Positions 56,301-64,000 of a stretch of DNA of 64,000 bases are shown here, piece by piece. The first letter of the stretch is position 1, and every line of letters begins with the position of its first letter. Under the pieces are notes generated by a model. The model had not been told where the DNA came from and made no database searches. It saw only the letters and a list, made by a program, of their open reading frames with translations. Made by a program: the position numbers and the translations under genes. This stretch comes from a virus (Duplodnaviria > Caudoviricetes), in IMG/VR virus record IMGVR_UViG_2706795740_000001, positions 1 to 64,000 of that record, one strand, 5' to 3'.

Positions 56301-58044
56301 ACAGGCAAGTCTGGAATCCATCACTGTAGTTCCTTATCGAAAGAACATGAGTGCTAAGTTGCAGGTTCGAGTGCCTGCATGGCTGGACGTAAGTATTCCT
56401 GCAAGCCTTGAAGTAACTCGTAACAATGAGCTTGTCTGTACCATCACGACAAGCAAGCCAAGTTTGCACTCTGAGATTGAGGTCTACTACAGACTTGAAA
56501 GTGAAATTGCTACAATATTAGCAGTCACAAACCGTAATTCTGATGGCATTGTCGGGTCAATCGCAGTAAGCAAGCCTGAGATTCCAATTAGTTTTTACGT
56601 CCTGAGCAGGGGAGACATCATTTCCGAAGTGGGCGTAAGAGTTGAAAAGGAACAAGACTTCTTCTCTTGGTTGGCAATCAACGCAAGAGAAAGACATTCT
56701 ACCATCTACGTACTAAACCATCACGGTATTCAGTTGTCCTTTACAGTTCAGGGCGTTAAAGCCGAAGATTTACCTTCGGTTATGGCGGTATCGAGAGACA
56801 GCCTTGATGGGTCGGTCATAGTCCAACAGAACGTAGAAACTGAACTTCCTTCTAAAGCTATTGTCCAGCACAGCAAGGAAGCTGATTTGCAAGGAAGTAT
56901 AGCTGTATACATCGCAGTGGAAAAGAACCTTTACTCTCAACTGGTTGTTAAAGAGGTAAGGGCGGATGGGCAAGAGGCACTCGAGAGTAAATTGGAAGTA
57001 AGAGGCAGTAAGAACGGTGACATTACAAGTACCGTATATGTAAAGTACATTTATGACATCGTAGGCAATATAGGTGTAGTAGGGGCAAGCAAGCTCCCCA
57101 CAACCATCCGGGTCATCTCAGGTAACTTGGCTTCAGTCATAGCCATTCCTGATTACGATGAGGCTAGCTTGGCTGGTAGTTTTGAGGTAAAGACAAGATA
57201 TATTAGCGAGATATCTTCAACTCTACGGATACGAGAATGGTCTCAAGTAGTCGGGCAGATTGTAGTACGAAGCCAGATGGACGAAAATCTTTTAAGTGAA
57301 ATCCTAGTTTACCAAAAGGGCATTACTGACATTGTGTCTACAATTGCACCGATAATGAATGCGCCGCTTCCTTCTCGAATAGGGGTACGTTTCGACAATC
57401 AAATGACGGGCAATACTGGCGTCATTCCGGTGGGGGATGCTGTCCTTGGTTCAGAAATTCAAGTGAATCCCGCATCAAATTTAGCCAGTGTTATTACGGT
57501 AGTAAACAATGCTGAAGATATCTTGACATCTAGTCTTTGGGCTAAGGTATGCGATATCAACGAGATTCCTATGAACCTGAGCATTATATACAGGGGGAAC
57601 TCAGCCCTTAATTCTTACGTGGGAGTGCCCCCACTTAATAAGCTGACAGGTAAAGTCTTCATCATACCTGTGCAGGACATAGACTTTCTATCGAACATTG
57701 AAGTACATGTCCATAAAAATCTTATCTCCAAGATCACAGTTCGAGAAACAGCGCAGAAAGACTTGAACTCCGTCATTGAAGTACATCATTTCTCGGAATT
57801 GGTGGGCATAGCAACTGTCAGACACTCGGAGAGCATTAACCTACCTTCCAAAATTAATGCCTTACAGTATGTTGTATTACCGTCCATAATCACTGTCAGT
57901 AGGCAGGGGGACAGCAACATGTCGTCCGATATCTACGTCCTCTACCATAAGGACTTACTGGCCAAATTGCATGTGCTGTACCATAAGGACTTGCAACTTA
58001 CGATTGATGTAGTTGCGGATTACGGATACTGCTTCATTATGTAG
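53392..58044 (+). CDS. large virion protein with two DNRLRE-like domains and short beta repeats
   Basis: DAFIRE..P.LNYG, RSL.GFDI and WTE.GVTW.NQP each twice; start moved from 53317, which abuts the promoter motif 53285-53315. Confidence 0.78.
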   Translation: MDNVFKPSDEDSPSGVYAVSSDNNDLEMNLRVRSDYSEVIDITGVVFGYDKKSEITVKANRISDIGGRIGVRLRSQMTGNTDILGTGDNDVVSGIDVKQVSNLPSVLGVAPSNPMTAIVDIQQPARITDAITAKRDAFIREGLPKLNYGGEQTLSVGHSATRREVFRSLIGFDIQNIISLNSDYKLEKIVLKLKHSIGRTPTIPLELRAVSGTWTEYGVTWNNQPLSGDVVSVGGFDANDEKGFITFNITPFINQAKEQGIGVVDFYLRAVDESDSVVQFFSIEAGLSLAPTIEYTYFDEVVRSTGRSNLDSEILVMHPRELDLLGRINVHKHPGFDDTDSKIMVTPSGKRFENFPSRIIVSRPEMSVKGTIRRTEWTGITTQMFVREAGLHDIDVCTVTVSKPSLPSSMYVLYRDDAPSQLNVRVWEEDDLFSWGLVNTRERPATINVRPYVSLNSKITVRRNIDNDLKSVFSVSERVRVGHIYVLYRSNLLSSVTAQGGDNSNISSSIIANQVQLSGMLKVNPYYDFKCRIAVRYSKLTTINGELFVSRPQMAGSIFPIIHNSLDGSITVRQNAGGELQSSIYALNRSNIPSLIEICGASKILSSIHVLSGNLFSRISIPRYDNEDVLFNFIVRQKMASDVDSQINVATFSLLDGSIAVRQNVDKELDSKIRVKQTERSDLPTSVEVWIISDKKSTITARRSDTKDIKSSVYVLSHADILCRIHVQNRSDLKGKILPMHRGNSDLPSMMQAKIPAYSDIESMLNVTQGGSRDIVSTLGVAPTGKMTAIVDIVQPVREQITLTVVKDAYVREDVPTLNYGEDTSFAVGDYNSKKLRSLLGFDISKLKAGHEIDKVELKLYYGQKPTKALRLMGVKGKWTETGVTWDNQPSVANEIATKYLTNSNEGYAAFDVTQYIIDNYKAGSILVDFFLVAADEAEGKYEYFFSKESQTYAPELQVTYYDPTVWSFGQASLESITVVPYRKNMSAKLQVRVPAWLDVSIPASLEVTRNNELVCTITTSKPSLHSEIEVYYRLESEIATILAVTNRNSDGIVGSIAVSKPEIPISFYVLSRGDIISEVGVRVEKEQDFFSWLAINARERHSTIYVLNHHGIQLSFTVQGVKAEDLPSVMAVSRDSLDGSVIVQQNVETELPSKAIVQHSKEADLQGSIAVYIAVEKNLYSQLVVKEVRADGQEALESKLEVRGSKNGDITSTVYVKYIYDIVGNIGVVGASKLPTTIRVISGNLASVIAIPDYDEASLAGSFEVKTRYISEISSTLRIREWSQVVGQIVVRSQMDENLLSEILVYQKGITDIVSTIAPIMNAPLPSRIGVRFDNQMTGNTGVIPVGDAVLGSEIQVNPASNLASVITVVNNAEDILTSSLWAKVCDINEIPMNLSIIYRGNSALNSYVGVPPLNKLTGKVFIIPVQDIDFLSNIEVHVHKNLISKITVRETAQKDLNSVIEVHHFSELVGIATVRHSESINLPSKINALQYVVLPSIITVSRQGDSNMSSDIYVLYHKDLLAKLHVLYHKDLQLTIDVVADYGYCFIM

Positions 58045-58050
58045 TGCAAA

Positions 58051-58083
58051 AGCCCCTACCGTACTTGGTAGGGGTTATTTTTT
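58051..58083. terminator. terminator between convergent genes
   Basis: CCCCTACC/GGTAGGGG plus T-run. Confidence 0.8.
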
Positions 58084-58095
58084 GTTACTATTTAC

Positions 58096-58974
58096 TTATA
58101 TTGTATTTGCAAGGGGATGATATTTCGCAAAAGTCTCTTTTTTATTTTTCTTAGAGATTTGAGCATAGATTTTAGTTGTGGCAATATCCTCATGCCCAAG
58201 ATACTCCTGAACAATCGCCATGTCGCAACCATTATCCAACAAGTGGGTAGCGTAACTGTGACGGAACACATGGGGGCTGACGGCTCTAGGGTCTATGCCA
58301 GATATAGAGGCAACACGCTTTACAACCTTGTAAATACCTTCCCTAGACATGGGGGCTGAAGGGTCTAGTTTGCTAGGCAATAGCCAACCCGAAGTAATCT
58401 TATGCTTGAACATAAATAGCTTGATTAATTCGAGGCAACCTGCATGGATAGGGTTCTCGCGAGTCTTCTTTCCTTTGCCTTTCATCCGAATGAAGCCCTC
58501 TTCAAAATTAATGTCCTCAACTCTAATTTTTGCTATCTCACTAACGCGTCCACCTAACCCATAAAGTAGCTCGATAATGAGTTGATCTTTCAATCTATGC
58601 TCGGTTGCCGTGGTGATAAGAGAATTTACATCAGTCTTAGAGATTGCTTTCGGTAGTGGCTTTTCTTTTTTACCGCATTTAACTTGGGCGGCAGGCGAGT
58701 CTTTGACAGCATGCTCAATATCTACAAGATATTTAAAGAAGGTTTTGAGTGAGCAAAGCATCCGGTTAATAGAGCTACGTGCTCTACCTAGAACGTCCAG
58801 ATGTGCTATGTACATGCGGATATGTGAAGGCGTTATTTCAGTAACGTCTTTAGGGGTCTTCTCGAAATCCAAGAAGTTAATAATGTCTCTTTCATAGCTG
58901 TCAATAGTGTGCTTGGAAGAGTTTTTGTCCGTTTGCAGGTACAGCTTGAAAGATTCAACATAATTCATTGACAC
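58096..58974 (-). CDS. XerC/XerD-family tyrosine recombinase
   Basis: GGRVSE, KGKGKK, HVFRHSYATH, LGHEDIATTKIY. Confidence 0.93.
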   Translation of the reverse strand: MSMNYVESFKLYLQTDKNSSKHTIDSYERDIINFLDFEKTPKDVTEITPSHIRMYIAHLDVLGRARSSINRMLCSLKTFFKYLVDIEHAVKDSPAAQVKCGKKEKPLPKAISKTDVNSLITTATEHRLKDQLIIELLYGLGGRVSEIAKIRVEDINFEEGFIRMKGKGKKTRENPIHAGCLELIKLFMFKHKITSGWLLPSKLDPSAPMSREGIYKVVKRVASISGIDPRAVSPHVFRHSYATHLLDNGCDMAIVQEYLGHEDIATTKIYAQISKKNKKETFAKYHPLANTI

Positions 58975-59006
58975 GATTCATTCCCCCTGTTTGTTATCAT
59001 AATCCA

Positions 59007-59035
59007 ATTATAGCACGGGTTATGTGACCTGTCAA
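59007..59035 (-). promoter_or_regulatory. consensus sigmaA promoter of the recombinase
   Basis: TTGACA-ggtcacataacccgtgc-TATAAT with extended TG. Confidence 0.85.
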
Positions 59036-59061
59036 ATGTTGCTAGGTATCATAGAAAGAGG

Positions 59062-59367
59062 GTGAGCAGAATGGATGCAGGAGTAATCACAGCAATAGTT
59101 GGGGGTGTTGTTTCCGTCATTACCGGATACATCGGTTATGCAAGTGGGCGGAGCAAGGATAGGGTCACTGACAGGGAACTTCTCTCAAAAGATGAACAAG
59201 CCTTTCGTGCCGAACTAAGGGAAGAATTGAGAGTTTACAAGGAAGAAATTAAACGACTAAGTGACGAGATTCAGGTTCTTCGTAAAGAGAACTTGGAACT
59301 GATTACTGAAAACAGGCAATTGAATGCCAAGGTCGAAGAGCTGGTCACTAGGATTGGAGGGATGTAA
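59062..59367 (+). CDS. holin-associated protein (N-terminal TM plus coiled coil)
   Basis: hydropathy; position before the endolysin. Confidence 0.6.
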   Translation: MSRMDAGVITAIVGGVVSVITGYIGYASGRSKDRVTDRELLSKDEQAFRAELREELRVYKEEIKRLSDEIQVLRKENLELITENRQLNAKVEELVTRIGGM

Positions 59368-59368
59368 C

Positions 59369-59728
59369 GTGCGGGGATTTCTAAAGAGAGCTTTTTGGAA
59401 TGATGATGATGGATTTTCAGCTAAGGACTTTCTAATGGTTCTCTTTGGAGGTCTCTACGCACTGTTCCTGATCGCGGCGTTTGTCATGCCGTTATTCGGG
59501 ATAGTGAATGCTGTAGCTTTAACAATCATTACGGAAATGACCCCGTTGATTATGACTATCGTGGGCGGAGTCTTCGCAGTGCAGTCCGTGAAAGAATTCC
59601 GTAATCCTAGCACTGCAATTAATTATCAACAGCCAGATAGTTTAAGTGAAAGAGACTCTGTCACTGGTAAAGACGAACAGGACGAGGGTGTAGACTTAAG
59701 CACGACAAGCAACACCCCACGAATTTAG
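59369..59728 (+). CDS. putative holin (2 TM)
   Basis: SD GGAGG, GTG start, two hydrophobic helices. Confidence 0.6.
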   Translation: MRGFLKRAFWNDDDGFSAKDFLMVLFGGLYALFLIAAFVMPLFGIVNAVALTIITEMTPLIMTIVGGVFAVQSVKEFRNPSTAINYQQPDSLSERDSVTGKDEQDEGVDLSTTSNTPRI

Positions 59729-59745
59729 TAGAAAGGGTGGTAGGT

Positions 59746-60528
59746 GTGAGTTTTAAGATGAAATACCCTATTGAGAAAAAGTACCTCCCAAACAAGTCTA
59801 AGAGACGTTCCGGTATTCTGATTCCAAAGGTAGGCTTTATCGTAGCGCATGATACTGGTAACGATGGGAGCACGGCCTTGGGAAACATCAACTGGTATAC
59901 TAACACAGCTTACCAACAAGACCCGTCGGCCCACACTTTCATCGACGATCAACATATCGTAGAGTGTATTCCTGCAACTACAGGAGCGCCTGAGAAAGCT
60001 TGGCATGTACTTTATGAAAAAACAATCGACAATGAATTGTTTGGCGATGATGCTAACGATATAGCGATTGGGGTAGAACTTTGCTACAGCTATAAGAAAG
60101 GCTCTATCAATAACGCAGAAGCTTATAAGCGTTATGTGTGGTACATGGCTTATCTGTGTTATAAGTTTGGTCTTGACCCTGCTACGAAGATTACAGGTCA
60201 CTTTATTCTTGACCCCGAACGTAAGACCGACCCACAGAATGCTCTCACCAAGTACGGCAAGAACTTCGACATTCTAGTGAAGGATGTAGTCGCTGAGTAT
60301 AAGGCATGTACGGCAGGGGAGACGCCAAAATCTAAGGTATTGGAGGATGATTCATCTATGAAACTCAATGATTGGGCATTCGATATGCTAGTTGAGGCAC
60401 TTACAGAGTTTAAGTCTGAAGGGTACTTTACTGACGATGCGTGGATTGCCAAGGCAAAGAACAAGACGCTCACTGCGTCAGAGTTGGCCTTCTTGAATAC
60501 GATCATGCTGAAAAAGGCGGTGAAGTAA
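59746..60528 (+). CDS. endolysin, N-acetylmuramoyl-L-alanine amidase (Amidase_2)
   Basis: VAHDTGN, SAHTFID, AWHV, IGVELC, GH...KTDP. Confidence 0.92.
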   Translation: MSFKMKYPIEKKYLPNKSKRRSGILIPKVGFIVAHDTGNDGSTALGNINWYTNTAYQQDPSAHTFIDDQHIVECIPATTGAPEKAWHVLYEKTIDNELFGDDANDIAIGVELCYSYKKGSINNAEAYKRYVWYMAYLCYKFGLDPATKITGHFILDPERKTDPQNALTKYGKNFDILVKDVVAEYKACTAGETPKSKVLEDDSSMKLNDWAFDMLVEALTEFKSEGYFTDDAWIAKAKNKTLTASELAFLNTIMLKKAVK

Positions 60529-60828
60529 ATGGAAATGATTGCTATGTTCATACTTGTGGCTTTCCTAACAGAGACCTTAACTGAGATTCTTAAAAACATG
60601 ATACCGAACGATACAATACAAGACAAAGGTACTTATGTGTTGTCTATTGTTATCGGTGTCATTCTTGCTTATGCTTTTGCTCTAAACCCATTTGCTTTAG
60701 TCGGTGCGGCCAAGCATGTATCCATTGTATCGGCGGGACTGATTGCAAGCCGTGGAGCAAACTTTGTTAACGGCTTCATGAAGCAGGTTGGAATCATTAA
60801 ATCCGGTAGCCTCAATCAAAAGAAGTGA
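60529..60828 (+). CDS. putative holin (3 TM)
   Basis: GLIASRGANFV; basic C-terminus. Confidence 0.7.
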   Translation: MEMIAMFILVAFLTETLTEILKNMIPNDTIQDKGTYVLSIVIGVILAYAFALNPFALVGAAKHVSIVSAGLIASRGANFVNGFMKQVGIIKSGSLNQKK

Positions 60829-60863
60829 CCCCGTTAAGGGGTCTTTTCATTTTCACCTATATA

Positions 60864-60963
60864 AACTAATTGCAGTATGTACTAATTGTACATAAACCTC
60901 CCTATTAGCAAATATTATCTAATACGGGGATTGTTTGTACAATTAGTACATAGTACAATAGGT
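60864..60963. other. two inverted Ter-like replication terminator sites
   Basis: TATGTACTAATTGTACA (60876-60892) and exact reverse complement (60936-60952); similar to B. subtilis Ter ACTAA..N..TATGTACYAAATGTTCA. Confidence 0.8.
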
Positions 60964-61006
60964 ATCAATAGGGCCAAATTTTACATTAAACGGGTGATGT
61001 GATATA

Positions 61007-61381
61007 ATGATGAAAAGAAATAATCGAGAACGGAACTTTTTAACTAAACAACGAGCGTTTTTAAAAGTCTATTTGATCACAAAGATAAAAAAGGGAAGAA
61101 GTTACGGATTACAGTTGGCCAGAGAGCTTGCAGATGAATTTATACGAGATGGTTTTGTCCCAACTAGTGCTGAAGTTTACCGTTCACTTGATGAGCTAGT
61201 CGAACAGGGAATTGTCTCACGGCACACTCAGTTGCAAGAGGGGACGGAGAAAAAGCCGATCATAATCTATAAAATTAGTGACCTACATAGAGCCGATTCA
61301 TACTTACAGCTTGTGCAACAAGATTTAAAAAGGTCTCAGAGATTGATAGAGAAAGCGTTAAAAGACAATTTCCATAAATAG
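61007..61381 (+). CDS. rtp: replication terminator protein
   Basis: FLTKQRAFLKVY, YGL, EVYRSL.EL, LIEKALKDNF closely match B. subtilis RTP. Confidence 0.9.
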   Translation: MMKRNNRERNFLTKQRAFLKVYLITKIKKGRSYGLQLARELADEFIRDGFVPTSAEVYRSLDELVEQGIVSRHTQLQEGTEKKPIIIYKISDLHRADSYLQLVQQDLKRSQRLIEKALKDNFHK

Positions 61382-61803
61382 AAATGAAAATCAAGCCTGC
61401 ATATCGTAGGCTTTTTATATTGCGTTTTAAGAGGTTTTATTTCTTAACCTTATTTTTACATGGGCAACTTTATTTTAAAGCTCAAAACCGACGTATGGGC
61501 TTCTTGTGATGTTAATTCCTTGAAGTGCCGACCAGAAAACTTGACCGATCATGATTATATGTGATATGATTATTTATTTAAAGATTTATTATGGTTCAGT
61601 GCTTAAAACTGCTCTTTCATGAACTGAAAATAAGAAAGTAGACAATATGTCTATTGCCTACTCACCTATTTGTTGTCGAATGACACAAACATGTATACCA
61701 TTTTATCGTATTACTGTAGCTTTCAAAAACCTTGATCAAAAGTTCAATAATGTTTAACTGTTATCTTTAATGTCAAAGCTGATATCAAAATTATTAGTGG
61801 GAG

Positions 61804-62010
61804 TTGAAATTTTTGATCGGCACTCTAACAAAGAATTTTCAGGGTAGATATTCCTTGCCTAATGGACAATACTTTACAACAGGCGATGAAATTGAGGTTA
61901 AGCTAGATATAACTTGGATAAAAACAAGCGTACATCATGACTTAAAAGATTATTACCTAGTTGATTATCCAAATGTTCCAATGGAAGGATTATTGGCAAG
62001 GAAGCCATAA
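61804..62010 (+). CDS. small protein, DUF5348-like
   Basis: GRY....FTTGDEIEV....WIKTSVHH...YY. Confidence 0.55.
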   Translation: MKFLIGTLTKNFQGRYSLPNGQYFTTGDEIEVKLDITWIKTSVHHDLKDYYLVDYPNVPMEGLLARKP

Positions 62011-62025
62011 GGATTGATAGAGCAT

Positions 62026-62262
62026 TTATCTCTTATCATCCCACTTGTACATGTTTGCATCAATATCATCTATGGCACTTTGTACGTTATCGTATGAGCG
62101 TTGCCAAAAATGATTGTGGTCAATCACGTAACCAAGTCTATCTCCAGTCGAAGGGTTCGCTCCCCTAAGAGTACAAATATCAATTCCACGGTGGATGTAT
62201 ACAGACACATAACGATCATCAATATCAGGGTTTTGCACTTGTGGTGCGATACGAGTTTTCAT
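62026..62262 (-). CDS. hypothetical protein
   Basis: SD AAGGAGG before MKTRIA. Confidence 0.7.
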   Translation of the reverse strand: MKTRIAPQVQNPDIDDRYVSVYIHRGIDICTLRGANPSTGDRLGYVIDHNHFWQRSYDNVQSAIDDIDANMYKWDDKR

Positions 62263-62371
62263 ATAAATCCTCCTTACAATGTTATCCTGTGCTGTACGAG
62301 CCATTTTAAGGGACGAAAACAAAATCTTATTGATCACTTGCCTTAAACGTTTGCTTTTGAAGCTGATATTT

Positions 62372-62803
62372 TTAGCCTTCTTCCTCTAGCAATGGGTTAT
62401 ATTGTTGACCCTCTTTCTTTCTATTCAGGAGTATATTCCATTTATCTCCTTCCTTCACTGTCGTAAAAGCGACTTTATTTATGATGTTCTTATCATTAGC
62501 GCCCTCACGGCTCCTAAATTTTATTTCAGTGATTACCTCACATTTCCCTTCATCTACACATTCACTACTAATTACTTTGAAATATTCCATTGGTGCTTTG
62601 ACATTAGAGGTTACAAACGCTTCCTTGGTAGGTGGATTATCAGCACTTACCATGCCGTATGCTTCTTCTTCTTTATAATCTTTCAAAGCTTGTAAGTAAT
62701 TAGATACTAGTGCTTCCTGTGGGGAAGGCTCTTTAGAAGCACAGCCAGTTAAAGCTAAAGACGCCACTAAGATGGCACTGAAAATACTTTTACAATTTTC
62801 CAT
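62372..62803 (-). CDS. lipoprotein (NTF2-like/DUF4878-like)
   Basis: lipobox LTGC; VKEGDKWNI. Confidence 0.8.
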   Translation of the reverse strand: MENCKSIFSAILVASLALTGCASKEPSPQEALVSNYLQALKDYKEEEAYGMVSADNPPTKEAFVTSNVKAPMEYFKVISSECVDEGKCEVITEIKFRSREGANDKNIINKVAFTTVKEGDKWNILLNRKKEGQQYNPLLEEEG

Positions 62804-62891
62804 TTTTTCACCTCAAAATACTTTTTTTGTAAAAATTGGTATGGTATAATAATAGTGTATCACACAATAGAAAAATAGAGGTGGGATTTTT

Positions 62892-63452
62892 ATGAAAAAG
62901 GGTATCATGAAAAAGGGTATTGTATCAACAGTTTTAACACTTAGCTTATTAGCTCCGGCGACAGGGGCGTTTGCAGAAGAAAGTCGCAGTAACTATGATT
63001 ACAACATCGAAGAGAGCTTAAAACTACGAGAGTCTGAAGATTCTGAAGAAGATGCACTCTTAGATTTAAGAGTGCCATCTGAAAGCAGAGGAATATCTGC
63101 ACAAGGAATTGATATCTTGTCAGCCTACGGTAAAGTTCTTTTTGAAGCTGATTTTAAAGTCAAAAAGAACTTTCAATTACCTTACACTGTACGTATAAAA
63201 GATAGCGATAACGATTCCATACGAATTATGACTGACACAGAGAGATATACCAGTAGTAATGACGAGTTCACAGTCCTATTAGAAGCATATAATGATCGTT
63301 CTGAATCTTGGTATATAGTAGACCGTGTAACTTGCAAAGTCGGTCAAAAAATGTACGAACATTTCTACGACCTCAAAACATATGAAGAGTATCGCTTGAC
63401 AATAAAAGGTAATGTCCAAGGTACTATCACTGTTTTCCAACAAACTAGATAA
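62892..63452 (+). CDS. secreted protein
   Basis: Sec signal peptide ending AFA; terminator 63459-63484. Confidence 0.8.
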   Translation: MKKGIMKKGIVSTVLTLSLLAPATGAFAEESRSNYDYNIEESLKLRESEDSEEDALLDLRVPSESRGISAQGIDILSAYGKVLFEADFKVKKNFQLPYTVRIKDSDNDSIRIMTDTERYTSSNDEFTVLLEAYNDRSESWYIVDRVTCKVGQKMYEHFYDLKTYEEYRLTIKGNVQGTITVFQQTR

Positions 63453-63495
63453 ATGTAATAGACCGCCAGACAGGGCGGTCTTTATTATTCAATGT

Positions 63496-63972
63496 TTAGT
63501 TAACTAATTTAACAAGAATTTCTTTGAAAGAAGAGTATTCAGTTAAGCTATAAGCATCCGCATCTTTGTAAAAGTAGTTTAAACTTAAATCATCAATACT
63601 ATTCAATCTATTTCTAAGTCCTTGAAGCTCTTCTTCCTTCCGATTAACTTCAATTCTTATTTTTTCAGCCTCATCATCAGGGATAGAGTAGCAAGTGAAA
63701 GAAGCTCTCGGAGACTTACCACTTTGATTGATAAGAATAACATACTCATTATCTTCATCTCTACGAGGGTCATCGTAAAGAAATAATGTTGATAGGCTTC
63801 CAAAAAAAGGGTAAGAAGCTTCATATGTAACTAGAGAATAGGATAAATTATGGTACGTAGCTTCAATAATTTTTTTCTTATATCTAACACCGTCAGAAAC
63901 TTCTACTTCATTTTTAGTAGAAGTCGAAAATCCTAAAGAGTGAAAGTATTCCTCAAACTCTTTGTTTGCCAT
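63496..63972 (-). CDS. hypothetical protein
   Basis: 158-aa AT-rich ORF. Confidence 0.6.
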   Translation of the reverse strand: MANKEFEEYFHSLGFSTSTKNEVEVSDGVRYKKKIIEATYHNLSYSLVTYEASYPFFGSLSTLFLYDDPRRDEDNEYVILINQSGKSPRASFTCYSIPDDEAEKIRIEVNRKEEELQGLRNRLNSIDDLSLNYFYKDADAYSLTEYSSFKEILVKLVN

Positions 63973-64000
63973 TTCAATACTTTTTTCAATTTTCGGAAGC

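Noticed and set aside
23527-57000. Many 60-260 aa minus-strand ORFs within structural genes
   Set aside because: Shadow ORFs antisense to long, well-supported genes
48041-58044. Diversity-generating retroelement or invertible tail cassette
   Set aside because: No reverse transcriptase, no TR/VR near-duplicate and no reversed cassettes seen
58096-58974. Prophage integrase marking an attachment boundary
   Set aside because: XerD-like size without an arm-binding domain; phage genes continue on both sides and no host genes are seen

Overview
About 64 kb of a large temperate tailed phage of a Bacillales host; SLH-domain proteins suggest an S-layer-bearing Paenibacillus/Brevibacillus-type host (inference). 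It appears to persist as a plasmid-like prophage. Left end (1-4.6 kb): an HTH + DnaA_N replication initiator with an intragenic origin (iterons plus DnaA boxes), a probable antisense copy-control RNA, a CACC-repeat centromere with parM/parR-like genes, and a dif/lox-like palindrome. 4.6-8.7 kb: small RNAs, a BsrE/BsrG-type type I toxin-antitoxin locus, and a minus-strand operon of 7 tRNAs, some structurally odd. That operon also carries two coiled-coil proteins and several structured RNAs I cannot assign to a family. 8.8-58 kb: a plus-strand late region (phosphoesterase, terS, tdk, terL, portal, protease/scaffold, capsid, neck, tail tube, frameshifted chaperone, tape measure, and about 29 kb of tail-tip/adhesin genes) punctuated by a recurring promoter motif. 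58-64 kb: XerD-like recombinase, lysis cassette, an rtp homolog with two inverted Ter-like sites, and AT-rich accessory genes. The most novel-looking element is the DIP1984/'septicolysin'-like gene at 6365-7003. It is flanked by structured RNAs, including a ~340-nt RNA with a 7-nt-periodic (C/U)AAAG tract, a candidate uncharacterised RNA-protein system inside the tRNA operon. All calls are by eye; no searches or folding programs were run.
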